Source: Armatimonadota bacterium (GTDB lineage Bacteria; Armatimonadota; SYMT01). Taken from it: DNA of 64,000 nt. The first letter of the stretch is position 1. Each line of letters begins with the position of its first letter. A program made the position numbers and the translations under genes. The stretch is from positions 64,001 to 128,000 of the forward strand of contig JBKBRF010000008.1 in NCBI GenBank assembly GCA_046292385.1, given 5' to 3'. The notes under the pieces are model-generated. The model did not search any database. It had not been told where the DNA came from and saw nothing but the letters and a program-made list of their open reading frames with translations. Positions 39,113 through 49,912 of this stretch are shown here, one piece after another.

Positions 39113-40144
39113 CTACCGCGGCACCACGGCGCGGAACCCCTCCCGCTGTCCCGCCGGGTTGATCCCGGTTCCGACGATCACGGAGCCGTCCGCCGAGACC
39201 CCCGTAGCGGAGAGCAGCGCCCACTCCCGCACCTCGGTGGCGCCTCCCTTCAACAGCAGCTTACGGAGACTGCGCATCCCGGCCCGGCGGGTCCAGACGA
39301 ACGCTTCCACCCGGTTGCGCCGACCTTCCGCCGCGCCGACTACCAGCGAGCCGTCGCCGTCGGTGCCGAATGCCCAGCTCTGGCGACCGCCGAGCGTGCC
39401 GAGGTTGCGCATGCCGCCGCGGTCGGTCCAGCGGAACGCCCTCCACGGTCCCCAGCGGCGGAACATCGCCTGTCCCACCGCTACGCGTCCGTCGGCGGAG
39501 AGATCCCACGCCCGGCTCTCGCTGGCGCCCCGCCGGTGAATGCTGCGGAGCCCGTCCTGTGCGGTCCAGAGGAATGCCTGGGCTCCGGAGTATCCGGCCG
39601 CCGCGCTGCCATCGGCGGAGAGGGCCGCCGTCCAGGCGCCTGGCCCCAGCTCCAGCGTCTCGCCACCGACCGACCACCTCACGTTCATCCCGACCACCTG
39701 GGAGCCATCGGTGGAGAGATCCATCGCCCGCGCCATGGGCAGCCGCTGCAGCCCCTCGGCCTCGCTCCAGCGGAAGGCGCCGTCCGCGAAGCCGACCACC
39801 ACGCTGCCGTCAAACGAGGCCGCCGTGGCCCGGCTGTCCGGCCCGACCGGATCGGTGAGCAGTTGATAGCCGGTCGATTCAGTCCACCGGAACGGCTGCA
39901 TGGTGGTGCTGAACTGGTCGCCCCCGAGTGGGGTGACGATCTCCACGTGTCCCACCACCACCGAGCCGTCGCCCGAGACCCCGTCCGCACCGCTGGAGTG
40001 CCCCTCCGGCAGCGCACCCAGTCCCGTAAACGTCGCCCCGGAGCCGATCTCGGCCTTGGCTGGGCCGGCGTGGAGAGAGGCAGACAGATACACGGCGGAG
40101 ACAGCCGCCACGCTGTCCCTCAAGAGTCTCCTACGAGTGCGCAT
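39113..40144 (-). CDS. Secreted HAF-repeat (extracellular beta-repeat) protein
   Basis: Repeated A.GVS.DGSVVVG / AFRWT...GM..LG units, N-terminal RRRLL export signal. Confidence 0.85.
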   Translation of the reverse strand: MRTRRRLLRDSVAAVSAVYLSASLHAGPAKAEIGSGATFTGLGALPEGHSSGADGVSGDGSVVVGHVEIVTPLGGDQFSTTMQPFRWTESTGYQLLTDPVGPDSRATAASFDGSVVVGFADGAFRWSEAEGLQRLPMARAMDLSTDGSQVVGMNVRWSVGGETLELGPGAWTAALSADGSAAAGYSGAQAFLWTAQDGLRSIHRRGASESRAWDLSADGRVAVGQAMFRRWGPWRAFRWTDRGGMRNLGTLGGRQSWAFGTDGDGSLVVGAAEGRRNRVEAFVWTRRAGMRSLRKLLLKGGATEVREWALLSATGVSADGSVIVGTGINPAGQREGFRAVVPR

Positions 40145-40242
40145 ATGGATCCCCTGTGACCTCGCGGGGAGCCGGTCTCACCCGCGAACGCATCCAGAGG
40201 AGAAAAGGCGGCTGGTCGGCAGCTTGATACATAGGGCTACTT

Positions 40243-41279
40243 TCAGAATGGTCCCAGCAGTGCGGCACGAAGGTTGAGCTGAGCCCGGGGAGGGATCCGC
40301 CAGACGTGAACTTCCCGATCGGTCTTGACGAGCAGCATGGATGAGTCGGGTGAGAAGGAGAGCTCAAGCGCCAAGGATGGGAAAGGCAATCTTGCCAGCT
40401 CTCGACCGGTGCTCACGTCGAAGACCTCAACCGCACCGTCGCTCCCCGCCGCCAGTAGCTCTCCCTCGGCTGAAAAGGCGAGCGAACTAGCACTCATGGA
40501 TCCATTCGCGATCCGTCGCAGAACCTGCCAATCGTCCGTGCGCCAGAGGGTCAGCACTCCATCCCGAGCGACCGCTGCTGCTTCGGTTCCCGTAGGACTG
40601 AAGGCGAAGGCTTCAGCGGTGAGCGTGTGCACTCGCCTTCCGGTGGTTGGGTTCAGGAGATGGATGGAGGCGCTGCCCCAGCGGCCGGTCCGCGCAGCGA
40701 GCAGGCGCGAATCGGGAGAGAACCCGATTACCGACGCTGGGAGCACGCATCGTGCAACCGGCTCCGGCCTTGCGGTCCTCCAGATCTTGATCTCCGATAG
40801 ACTCTCCCGAGCAATAGCGATCCATTTCCCATCGGCAGAGACGGTCATTGAGCTATCGAAACGACCAATCGGCCATTTCCATCGCTCAACTTCCGCTCCT
40901 GTTTCCGAGTCTCGCAGTCGCGCGAAGTCGTCCGGATCTAGGGTGAGCATCATCTCCCCATCCCCAGTAAACTCGCGAATCGAGCCCACGAATGGGAGTT
41001 CGCGTTCCAGACGCCAGTTCGTAGTGTCCCAAATCAGAGCGGACGGGATACCGGGCGGATAGCCGGCGCCCCTCATCTCAGCACCGGATGTGACAAGGTA
41101 TTTTCCATCTCGCGAGAATTGCGCGCCCGACAGCCACCATTGGAGCACTCCCGTTCGCCCGGTCCGGTGAGTCAGGACTGCGATTCGCCGGGCGGGGAGA
41201 GCACCGCGCGCAGCACCCACGTCGTGCCGAGCACGAGCGCAATGGTTAGTGTGAGGGTGACGAAGCGACGGCGGCGCAT
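40243..41279 (-). pseudogene. WD40-repeat protein, frameshifted after the signal/TM leader (or assembly error)
   Basis: ATG 41279 encodes MRRRRFVTLTLTIALVLGTTWVLRAVLSP but stops at 41172. The WD40 body (FSRDGKYLVTSG, FSPDSRLLAA, LAFSAEGELLAAG) is in another frame. Confidence 0.7.
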
Positions 41280-41288
41280 GTCCGTCCC

Positions 41289-42245
41289 CTACTCCTCCGG
41301 CGGGTCGGTGGGGCGGTTCGGCTTGTCGTCGAGGTTCTGGTAGAGCTCCGCGCGGGTGACGGTCGACTCGACTCCCTGCCGTGGAACCGGAAGCTTCGTG
41401 AGCCAGACGAGGGCGTTGAGCACCAGCTTTCGATAGCTCGGGTCGCCCCAGTTCAGGTGCCCGTGCCCGCCGGTGAAGCCGAAGCCGCGTCCGCCGTCGG
41501 GGCGCTCCACCGCCCACAGCAGCAGCTCCTCGCGCCCGCTGGCGGCGACGATGTGGTCGTACGGTCCCGCCGGGTAGACGTAGGGCCCGCGGCGGACCGC
41601 GTCGGAGGGTACGGCGGTGAGGATCGGGGTGATGCCGCGCAGCTCCGGCCGGAACCGCATGTTGAAGTACCACTCGTCCTTCACCCGGAACGGCTTCACG
41701 CCGCGGGTAATCGGGTGCTCCGGCAGCGCCTTGATCTCCGGCTCCCACATCGGGTTGACGGAGTAGAGGTGCTCGTAGTGGCCGCCGACCCATTCCTGCC
41801 ACTGCCGGCCCGCCTTCTCCGCGGGGACCTCCAGCGCATAGTGCGCGAACCCGAGGCCGGCTCCGCGGCGGGCGAGCCCCTCCAGCACCTGCAGACGGTC
41901 GCCCTGGATCGCGGGGTGGTTGCCGCCGCCGTCCATGTAGAGGAACACGGCGTCGGCGCGGTCGAAGGCGCGCGGGTCGTCCGGCCAGCCGCCGGTATGG
42001 AGCGTCGTCTCCAGGCCCGGCACGCCCCGGAGGCACTTCTGCAGCAGGAGGCAGCCCGCGCGGAACTCGTGCATCAGGGTCGGGTGGCTCGGCGCTCCGG
42101 CGACCAGCACCAGCTTCCGCGGCTGCTGGGCGGCGGAAACGCTCTGCCCGGCGGCGGTGAGCGCCGCCGCGCCGCCGACCGCTCCCAGCAGCAGCGCGCG
42201 GCGGGACTGGACCTGCTGCAGCGGCAAACGGGCCTCGGGGTTCAT
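41289..42245 (-). CDS. ThuA-like domain protein with Tat-type leader
   Basis: SRRALL leader, LVLVAGAPSH...HEF, HPITRGVKPF...DEWYF, GRGFGFTGGH. Confidence 0.88.
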   Translation of the reverse strand: MNPEARLPLQQVQSRRALLLGAVGGAAALTAAGQSVSAAQQPRKLVLVAGAPSHPTLMHEFRAGCLLLQKCLRGVPGLETTLHTGGWPDDPRAFDRADAVFLYMDGGGNHPAIQGDRLQVLEGLARRGAGLGFAHYALEVPAEKAGRQWQEWVGGHYEHLYSVNPMWEPEIKALPEHPITRGVKPFRVKDEWYFNMRFRPELRGITPILTAVPSDAVRRGPYVYPAGPYDHIVAASGREELLLWAVERPDGGRGFGFTGGHGHLNWGDPSYRKLVLNALVWLTKLPVPRQGVESTVTRAELYQNLDDKPNRPTDPPEE

Positions 42246-43441
42246 GGCTGCTCCTTCTTTCGCTTCGCGTCTTCGCTCCAGACCTTGATCCAGTGGTTCC
42301 GGAACTTCGGCGAGGTCGGGATATCGACCGTCTGCCGCGGCATATGGCAGGTCACGCAGTCGCCCGCCGGCTCTTTCGGGCAGGCGACGTGCCCCGCCGC
42401 TGCCGGGGTGTGGCAGGAGACGCACTTCTGGTTGTACTCGAGATCGGTCGTGCTGTCGGCGTTGCGGTGGGGGTCGTGACAGGTGACGCAGGAGAGCTTT
42501 CCCGCGCTCTTCCGGTAGCAGTCGCTCCGCACCATCGCCACGCTCTGCAGGCGCGCGAGCTGGCTTTCGTCCATCGGGGTCGGGGTGGCGCCCATCGCAT
42601 TGTCGGGGGTCCGGTGGCACTGGCCGCACAGCTCTTCCGTCAGCCGCTCCCGCTGGTCGGAGAGGCGCGCGATCAGAAGGTTCCGGTCCCCGCGCCGCGC
42701 CGCCTCGATGTGGGCGCGCCCGGGGCCGTGGCAGCTCTCACAGCCGACGCCGAAGATGGACCGCTCCGGATCCACTTTTCCGTCTCGGGTTGCCAGGGCC
42801 GTGACGTGGCACTGGAAGCACTGCTCCACCAGCTCCGGAGTCATGGAGCGCCCGACGGGCGTCTGGATCGGCGCGCCGATCGGCTGTCCCGGCGTGAAGT
42901 GCCACCTCCCGCCGTCGCGGTAGTAGCTGAGGCGCAGCTCCACCGGCTCGCCGTCGAACCGGCCGAGGTAGGTGACCCCGCGGTTCCCGGAGCCGAAGGC
43001 GTATTCCGCGCGGATCGACGCGCGGTGTTTCCCGCTTGTCGCTTCGAGCACGCACTCGGAGCCTTTCAGGCGCGTGGTGTAGGTGACGTCGTAGTAATTG
43101 TCTTTGAGGCCGGAGGGCCGCTGGAACCGCGGGCCGTCCACTTCCGCGCTCACGTTCGCCAGGGTGAGCGCGTGGTGCGTCTGGAGCTGGCCCGCATAGT
43201 CGGGGTGACAGGAGATGCACTCCTGGCTGCCGGCGTACTGGTCCAGCTCCTCCACGGAGACCGGCTTGAGCACCGGGATCGGGAGCGAGGGGGCGGGCGA
43301 CGGACCGGCTGCGGGCCGGCACCCGGGCAGCGCGAGCAGCGCCACCGGGGCGAGGACCAGCGCGGCAAAGCCGATCCCGACGAGGGCTCGCGGCCCTCGG
43401 GCGGGCGGGCGGGGTACACGCGGTGGGTTGGCGATTGCCAT
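42242..43441 (-). CDS. Multiheme c-type cytochrome (7 CxxCH), probable lipoprotein
   Basis: CISCH, CFQCH, CESCHGPG, CGQCH, CVTCHDPH, CVSCH, CVTCHMP. LLALPGC lipobox-like. Confidence 0.9.
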   Translation of the reverse strand: MAIANPPRVPRPPARGPRALVGIGFAALVLAPVALLALPGCRPAAGPSPAPSLPIPVLKPVSVEELDQYAGSQECISCHPDYAGQLQTHHALTLANVSAEVDGPRFQRPSGLKDNYYDVTYTTRLKGSECVLEATSGKHRASIRAEYAFGSGNRGVTYLGRFDGEPVELRLSYYRDGGRWHFTPGQPIGAPIQTPVGRSMTPELVEQCFQCHVTALATRDGKVDPERSIFGVGCESCHGPGRAHIEAARRGDRNLLIARLSDQRERLTEELCGQCHRTPDNAMGATPTPMDESQLARLQSVAMVRSDCYRKSAGKLSCVTCHDPHRNADSTTDLEYNQKCVSCHTPAAAGHVACPKEPAGDCVTCHMPRQTVDIPTSPKFRNHWIKVWSEDAKRKKEQP

Positions 43442-43722
43442 GACGCAGCGTGAAAACCTTCGCCACCATGGCGAAGGGGAGAGGGGGGTGATACCTGCTC
43501 CCCCCCCCGTTCGCCAGAAACACTTCGGCCACCCCTCCGCACCGCGAGATAAGAACCGATCCGAAAAGGACTTATTGGCTGCAGCCGGCTGCGAGCCGAC
43601 CATGCGTCGTCCGGAGTGGGGCCCCGGCCATGCTTCGAGGCCGGCCCCCCACTCCCTCCTAGCCTGCTCGCCTCTCGCTCGGCTTCGCTAGCAATCGAGC
43701 CCGTCCGGATCGGCTCTGAGGC

Positions 43723-44748
43723 TCAGTGATTGCTCTCTTCGTACCGGTTGAAGTCGACCACGTACTTCCACCAGTTCGCCAGCTTGCCGTCCGGGCCCCG
43801 GCCCGGCGCCTTCGGCAGGCGGGTGAGCCACCACTTGTGGTGGAGGCGGATATCGCCGCCGCCCCAGTCTTTGCTGGTCATCAGGCGCTTCTTGCCGGTG
43901 AGGCGGGGATAGGTCAGCCAGTCGTCCGCGGTGCTCCAGACCGGGGTGTTGTTGCCCCACTCGTAGTCCTTGGTGCTATTGGGAGCGAAGTGGACGTTCC
44001 CGCACGCCGCCTTGCCGGGCGCCACCTTGTCGTAGAGCGTGAACCGGTTCCACATGTGGGTCTCTTCCGGCTCCCAGCTGCCGTAGACGTGGCGCATGAT
44101 GCTTTCGGTGCGGTGGCCGATGTCTTCCAGCATCTCCCCCACCCCGCGCTCGTAGTTGAAGCCCATGATGACGAAGATGCGGTCCGCATCCACGCCGGTG
44201 AGCGGCGGTGAGTTGCAGAAGTAGGCGCCCTTGCCGGCCATCGTCGACTCGTAGAGGCCGGAGTAGGGCATCCCCTGGATCCAGACCTCGTCGATCTCCC
44301 GGCGGTTGACGCGGCGGGCCAGGTCGAACTCGTCGATGATGGCGTGATAGTCGATCGCGTCCGGCTGGTGCCAGCCCTGCTTCGACCGGAACGCCTTCAT
44401 GAACGACTCGTCGGTGTAGCGGAAGCCGTCCTTCTTGACCGGGTAGTTGTCGATCACCCGGTCGTCGACGATCTGGTACTGGACGAAGCCGCCGCTCGTC
44501 TCCTTCACGTCGGCGATGTAGTCGCGCGTCAGCCGGGCGGGATCGTTCCAGCCGCAGACCTCGTGGAGGCGCTTGCCGCCTTCGGCCTCGATGATCGGGT
44601 TGTAGGTGAGGACCAGCACCTTCGGGCGGATCGGGCGGTCCTTGGCGGGAGCGGTGTCGGCCGCTTGCGGCGCGACCGCGGCAAGCGCGGCGGCAACCAG
44701 CAGGGCGAGCACACTCCAGAGGGTTAGCTTCTGTTTCATGGTTTGCAT
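43723..44748 (-). CDS. Secreted conserved hypothetical protein
   Basis: Signal peptide, strong GC3 bias, motifs MGFNYERGVGEMLEDIGHRTES and CGNVHFAPNS. Confidence 0.85.
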   Translation of the reverse strand: MQTMKQKLTLWSVLALLVAAALAAVAPQAADTAPAKDRPIRPKVLVLTYNPIIEAEGGKRLHEVCGWNDPARLTRDYIADVKETSGGFVQYQIVDDRVIDNYPVKKDGFRYTDESFMKAFRSKQGWHQPDAIDYHAIIDEFDLARRVNRREIDEVWIQGMPYSGLYESTMAGKGAYFCNSPPLTGVDADRIFVIMGFNYERGVGEMLEDIGHRTESIMRHVYGSWEPEETHMWNRFTLYDKVAPGKAACGNVHFAPNSTKDYEWGNNTPVWSTADDWLTYPRLTGKKRLMTSKDWGGGDIRLHHKWWLTRLPKAPGRGPDGKLANWWKYVVDFNRYEESNH

Positions 44749-44926
44749 AGGCGGAGTCCCGTCCGCTACGCACTGGTTCGGGCCGGCGAAACGCTCCTCC
44801 TCCGGCGGCGGCGTAGGAAGGCGTTAGCTTCGGCCGCAACGGAGCGGCAATGACGGAGGGGCCGGTACGCGAAGACGGGGAGCCGCGCGGCTCCCCGTCT
44901 TCGCTGTGTCCGGATGAAGCTTGGGC

Positions 44927-46237
44927 TTACGCTTCGACGTCGCGGATCTCCGCCGTCTCCTGCAGCGTCTTCGCCACCTTCCCCATCAGGATGTTGTGGC
45001 GGATCACGTCGATCTCGCCGGTCTCGTTGGCGAGGCGGCGGACCTGCGAGAGCTTCACGCTCTGCTGCTCGGCGCGGATCTTGAGCTCCGCTTCCACTTC
45101 CTTGTTGTCGACGGTGAGGCCGCGCTCGCGGGCGAAGTCGAGCAGCACGAGGGTGTGCGTCAGGCTCTCCAGCGACTGCTGCTGCAGGCTCTCCTGCAGC
45201 GTCTGCAGGTCGGTCTCTTCCGCCTCCAGGTACTGCTCCAGGGTGAGACCGCGCCGCTCCAGCGCCTTGATCAGGTCCGCCATGCGGCTGGAGACCTGGC
45301 GCTCCAGCATCTCCGGCGGGAAATGGACCTCGGAGCGCTTCACCAGCTCTTCCACCAGGCTGTCGTTCAACTCCCGCTCGGCGGTGATGTCGGCATGCTG
45401 CTGCAGCAGCCCCCGCACCCGCTCCCGCACCGCCTCGGCCGTCTCGAAGCCGGCGCGCTTGGCGAACTCGTCGTCCAGCTCCGGCACCTCGCGGCGCCAC
45501 ACCTCGCTCACCTCGATGTGCGCCTGCGCCTGCTTGCCGCGGTACTCCTCGTCCTGGTAGTCCTCCGGGAAGCTGAAGTCGAAGTCCTTCGTCTCGTTCG
45601 GCTTCACGCCGCGGAGGCCGGCGTCGAGCGTCTCCAGGTTGGCGCCCACCTCGATCAGCGTCGGCTCGGGGAAGCTGACGTCCGGGATCGGCTGCCCGTC
45701 TACCGTCACCGCCACGGTGGTGCGGATCCGGTCGCCATCCTGGCTTGGGTCGTCTACCTGCTTGAAGGTAGCGGCGCTCTCACGGATGCGAGCCAGCTCC
45801 CGCTCCACCTCTTCATCGGTTACCTGGGTCACCACCCGGCGGGCGGTGAAGCCATCCAGGTTGCCCAGATGCACGTGCGGCTCCAGCGAGACGGTGGCGG
45901 TGAACTGGAAGCCGTTGGTCGGATCGATCTCTTCTTCGCCGAGGTCGACTTCCGGCTCCGCGTAGCGGTACGGCGCCACGCCGGTCTGGCGCAGCGCGTC
46001 GCGGTAGGCGTTGTTCAGCACCCGCTCCATCGCGAGGTCGCGCACGCGGCCCTCGTCCACGAACCGCTCGATCAGGTGCTTCGGCGCCTTGCCCGGGCGG
46101 AAGCCGGGGACGGTGGTCCGCTTGGCGAACTGCTGGTAGACGGAGTCGATCGCCTTCTGGACCTCCTCCGCGGGCACCTCGACTTTGAGCTTGACCCGGG
46201 TGTGGTCCAGAAACTCGTGCTCTACTTGAACGGCCAT
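44927..46237 (-). CDS. tig: Trigger factor
   Basis: VPGFRPGKAP ribosome-binding signature, ELDDEFAK. Confidence 0.96.
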   Translation of the reverse strand: MAVQVEHEFLDHTRVKLKVEVPAEEVQKAIDSVYQQFAKRTTVPGFRPGKAPKHLIERFVDEGRVRDLAMERVLNNAYRDALRQTGVAPYRYAEPEVDLGEEEIDPTNGFQFTATVSLEPHVHLGNLDGFTARRVVTQVTDEEVERELARIRESAATFKQVDDPSQDGDRIRTTVAVTVDGQPIPDVSFPEPTLIEVGANLETLDAGLRGVKPNETKDFDFSFPEDYQDEEYRGKQAQAHIEVSEVWRREVPELDDEFAKRAGFETAEAVRERVRGLLQQHADITAERELNDSLVEELVKRSEVHFPPEMLERQVSSRMADLIKALERRGLTLEQYLEAEETDLQTLQESLQQQSLESLTHTLVLLDFARERGLTVDNKEVEAELKIRAEQQSVKLSQVRRLANETGEIDVIRHNILMGKVAKTLQETAEIRDVEA

Positions 46238-46355
46238 TGGCTATCCCCTGAAAAGAATCCCCGCGCCGGCAAGGCTGCCGACACATAAGAACACCCCGTC
46301 AACCCATTGGGGGAGACGAGGCGTCGGGACTAGGAACGAAACCTGATTTGAGGAA

Positions 46356-46427
<72 letters not shown>

Positions 46428-46454
46428 GTGTCTGGGGCTTTAACCCGGATCCAG

Positions 46455-46536
46455 TGGGCGAGGAGGGACTCGAACCCTCACGGATTGCTCCACTAGATCC
46501 TAAGTCTAGCGCGTCTGCCAATTCCGCCACTCACCC
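46455..46536 (-). tRNA. tRNA-Leu(TAG)
   Basis: GGGTGAGTGGCGGAATTGGCAGACGCGCTAGACTTAGGATCTAG..., long variable arm, GGTTCGAGTCC. CCA not encoded. Confidence 0.97.
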
Positions 46537-46553
46537 CCGGGTGGTGCCGGCGA

Positions 46554-46626
<73 letters not shown>

Positions 46627-46671
46627 AGGTGCTTTGTGTCCTGACCGGACCCGCCGCCCCCAACGAGCCGA

Positions 46672-46700
46672 AGTATAGCACGGGGTCGGAAGGCGTGCAA
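46672..46700 (-). promoter_or_regulatory. Sigma70-type promoter for the tRNA-Lys/Leu/Gly-tig unit
   Basis: Minus strand TTGCAC-17 bp-TATACT with TG extended -10. Confidence 0.8.
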
Positions 46701-46970
46701 GAGCGAATTTACGCATAGGGAGCCGCGCTCGCGGCGGCCCGCGCGCAGCCCTCTCGAAGTAGGCATGGAGCCCGCGGCAAGGGGCTTCAGGCGCGGCGGG
46801 GAGGAAAACCGCTCTGCACGGGGCGAACTCCCCCGTTAAGATTTAGGCGTCGCGCAAGGCGCAGCGGCTGCAGATCGCCGGCCGCTTCCCACAGCCGGGC
46901 CCGGTCGGCCGCTCACCCGGCGGCGGGGGGCATCGGTTCCACGGAGTACCGGAAGGAGCACAACCAGATC

Positions 46971-48125
46971 ATGGCGGGCGTGACCCTGCGCAAGCTGACC
47001 AAGGCCTTCAAAGAAGTCGTTGCCGTGAACAGCGTGGACCTGGAGATCCGGGACAAGGAGTTCATGGTCCTCGTGGGTCCGTCCGGCTGTGGAAAGTCGA
47101 CCTGTCTCCGCATGATCGCGGGGCTGGAGGAGTCGACTTCCGGCGAGATCTACATCGGCGACCGCCTGGTGAACGACGTCTCTCCGAAGGACCGGGACAT
47201 CGCAATGGTGTTCCAGAACTACGCGCTCTACCCGCACATGACGGTGTATGAGAACCTCGCCTTCGGCCTGAAGCTCCGCCTGCTGGGTGGCTTCTTCTGG
47301 CAGATGACCCACATGGCGGAGGCGAACAAGGTCAAAGCCGATATCCGGGAGCGCGTGATGCGGGCGGCCGAGATGCTCGACCTGAAGCACCTGCTGGAGC
47401 GGAAGCCGAAGCAACTCTCCGGCGGCCAGCGGCAACGCGTGGCGCTGGGCCGCGCCATCGTACGGGAGCCCCAGGTCTTCCTGATGGACGAGCCGCTCTC
47501 CAACCTGGACGCCAAGCTGCGCGTCCAGACCCGCGCGGAGCTGATCAAGCTGCACCGCCGCCTCGGCATCACCACCGTCTACGTCACGCACGACCAGGTG
47601 GAGGCGATGACGATGGGCGACCGGATCGTGGTGATGAAGGACGGCCTGATCCAGCAGTGCGACACGCCGCTCAACCTGTACCACCACCCGGTCAACATGT
47701 TCGTGGCCGGGTTCATCGGCAGCCCGAGCATGAACTTCGTCGACGCGAAGGTGGTCCGGTCCGGAGACGGCTACCTGCTCGACGCCGGCAGCTTCCAGGT
47801 CGAGGCGCCGAAGCGCGGGGTGGAGGCGTTGAAGGGCTACGAGGGCCAGACCGTGGCGTTCGGGGTGCGCCCTCCGGACATCTTCGGGAAAGACATCCTT
47901 CCCCCTAAGCTCCAGCCGCACGCGGGCAACACGATCAAGGCTCTGTGCGAAGTCACGGAGCCGATGGGCGACCGCATGCACCTCTACCTGAGCGCTGCCC
48001 CGCACAGCCTGGTCGCCGACGTGGACGGCGAGACGCAGGTGAGTGAGGAGACCGAAGTGGAGCTGGTCCTCGACATCGAGAACACCCACGCCTTCGACAA
48101 GCAGACCGAACAGGCGTTGTATTAG
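46971..48125 (+). CDS. Carbohydrate ABC transporter ATPase (MalK/MsmX/UgpC family), orphan
   Basis: [54 protein letters not shown]. Confidence 0.95.
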   Translation: MAGVTLRKLTKAFKEVVAVNSVDLEIRDKEFMVLVGPSGCGKSTCLRMIAGLEESTSGEIYIGDRLVNDVSPKDRDIAMVFQNYALYPHMTVYENLAFGLKLRLLGGFFWQMTHMAEANKVKADIRERVMRAAEMLDLKHLLERKPKQLSGGQRQRVALGRAIVREPQVFLMDEPLSNLDAKLRVQTRAELIKLHRRLGITTVYVTHDQVEAMTMGDRIVVMKDGLIQQCDTPLNLYHHPVNMFVAGFIGSPSMNFVDAKVVRSGDGYLLDAGSFQVEAPKRGVEALKGYEGQTVAFGVRPPDIFGKDILPPKLQPHAGNTIKALCEVTEPMGDRMHLYLSAAPHSLVADVDGETQVSEETEVELVLDIENTHAFDKQTEQALY

Positions 48126-48254
48126 GGGCCAGGGTTCAGGGGATAGGGTTTAGGGACTGCGGGGCGGCTTCGCCGCGGGTTCCAGTCCCTGTTTGCGAGG
48201 GCGGGGGTGGCGCTTGGGGTGCTCTCCCGCCTTCTGCTTGTACGGGTGGCATTG

Positions 48255-49592
48255 ATGACCTATTCCGAGGCAGTTGCTTATCTCGATTCGCTGGCGCAGT
48301 TCGGGTGGAAGCTCGACCTGGCGCGGATCGAGCGGCTCTGCGAGCTGGCCGGGCATCCGGAGCGGCGGTTCCCCAGCATTCTGGTCGGCGGGAGCGCCGG
48401 TAAGGGCTCTACCTGCGCGCTGCTCTCCGCCATCCTCCGGGCGGCGGGGCTGAGGGTCGGCACCGCGCCCAAGCCGCACCTGCACACGCACCGGGAGCGC
48501 GTGCAGATCGACGGCGAGCTGATCCCGGCGGAGCGCTTCGCGGAGCTGATGGCGCGGATCCGCCCGCTGGCGGAGCAGGTGACGCGGGAGGAAGGCTCCC
48601 CCACCGTCTTCGAGGTGATGACCCTCCTCTCGTTCCTCCAGTTCGCGGAGGAGCGGGTCGACGTCGCCGTGGTGGAGGTCGGCCTCGGCGGCCGGTTCGA
48701 CGCCACGAACGTCCTCACGCCGGAGGTGGCGGTGATCACGACGATCGGGCTCGACCACACGGATCGCCTCGGCGACACGGTGGAGCAGATCGCCTTCGAG
48801 AAGGCGGGGATCATCAAGCCGGCCGGGCGGGTGGTCACCGGCGCCGTCGGCGGCGCGCTGGAGGTGATCGAGACCGCGGCCCGGGAGCGCGGCGCGGAGA
48901 TCCGGCGGCTGGGTCACGAGGTGCGTCTGGAGAACGTCCGCGCGTCGGCGGCCGGTACCCAGTTCGACCTGCTCGCGCCGGAGGGTGAGCTCTGCGATCT
49001 GCTGACACAGCTTGCCGGCGAGCACCAGGCGCACAACGCGGCGCTGGCGGTCGCCGCCGCCCTCTGGCTCCGCCCCCGGTGGCCGGTACTGACGGACGGG
49101 GCGATCCGCCGCGGCCTCCGGGACGCCGCGATCCCTGGTCGCCTCCAGGTGGTGCGGGCAGAGCCGCTCGTGCTGGTCGACGGCGCCCACAGCCCCGACC
49201 GTGCCGACGCACTGGCCCGGGCGCTGCGGCAGCTCTACCTGCCGGGACGGGCCGGCCGCGTGACCCTGGTGATCGGCTGCTCGCAGGGACACGCGCCGGC
49301 GGAGGTCGTCTCCCGCCTCGCGCCCCTCGCCGACCGGATCCTCGCCACCCGCAGCCGCCATCCTGCCGCGATTTCAGCCGCAGACGTAGCGGAAGCGGTG
49401 CGGAACGCGCCCCCGGGGGCTCGAGCCCGCGTGATCGAGGCGGTGGAGCCGGTCTCCGCCGCCGTCGAGCGCGCCCTGGCGGACGCCGGGCCGGGGGACA
49501 CGATCGTCGTCACCGGCTCGCTCTTCGCCGCCGGCGAGGCATTGGAAACCCTGGGCGCTGAGCCACGGGACCGCCTCGAGTCGAAGCCTTAG
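48255..49592 (+). CDS. folC: Folylpolyglutamate synthase/dihydrofolate synthase
   Basis: GSAGKGST, VEVGLGGRFDATN, IGLDHT, EKAGIIK, DGAHS, VTGSL. Confidence 0.94.
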   Translation: MTYSEAVAYLDSLAQFGWKLDLARIERLCELAGHPERRFPSILVGGSAGKGSTCALLSAILRAAGLRVGTAPKPHLHTHRERVQIDGELIPAERFAELMARIRPLAEQVTREEGSPTVFEVMTLLSFLQFAEERVDVAVVEVGLGGRFDATNVLTPEVAVITTIGLDHTDRLGDTVEQIAFEKAGIIKPAGRVVTGAVGGALEVIETAARERGAEIRRLGHEVRLENVRASAAGTQFDLLAPEGELCDLLTQLAGEHQAHNAALAVAAALWLRPRWPVLTDGAIRRGLRDAAIPGRLQVVRAEPLVLVDGAHSPDRADALARALRQLYLPGRAGRVTLVIGCSQGHAPAEVVSRLAPLADRILATRSRHPAAISAADVAEAVRNAPPGARARVIEAVEPVSAAVERALADAGPGDTIVVTGSLFAAGEALETLGAEPRDRLESKP

Positions 49593-49647
49593 AGGCACTC
49601 CGGTTGCCTCCACTTTCCGCAGACACCAGTTGGCATGGCGTGTTTGT

Positions 49648-49783
49648 CGGAGTCACGCGCTCGCGCGGCCCTTCTATCGGAGTGAAGTGGTTCTCGCGAG
49701 ATCATGCCCGAACTCCATCTTTGAGGCTGCCGGTGAGGAGGTGATGCACTGCGATAGGGATGCCGCGCGAGCGCGTCACTCCG
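49648..49783. repeat. Intergenic inverted repeat (~135-bp hairpin)
   Basis: CGGAGTCACGCGCTCGCGCGGC (49648-49669) vs GCCGCGCGAGCGCGTCACTCCG (49762-49783), 21 of 22 complementary, continuing imperfectly inward. Confidence 0.75.
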
Positions 49784-49912
49784 CGAGCATTCGGTCCCAT
49801 TTACTTGTTTGCCCGGTGGCTCACCGGCCGCTGCATCCGCATTCAAGCAGGGAGCGACACGCGATCCTGGTAAGCTACTTCCGTGAGGGACAGAACCCTC
49901 GGAGAGACGACG

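Noticed and set aside
41172..41174. Selenocysteine or readthrough at the TGA of the WD40 leader
   Set aside because: The frame after TGA is not the WD40 frame and closes again shortly.
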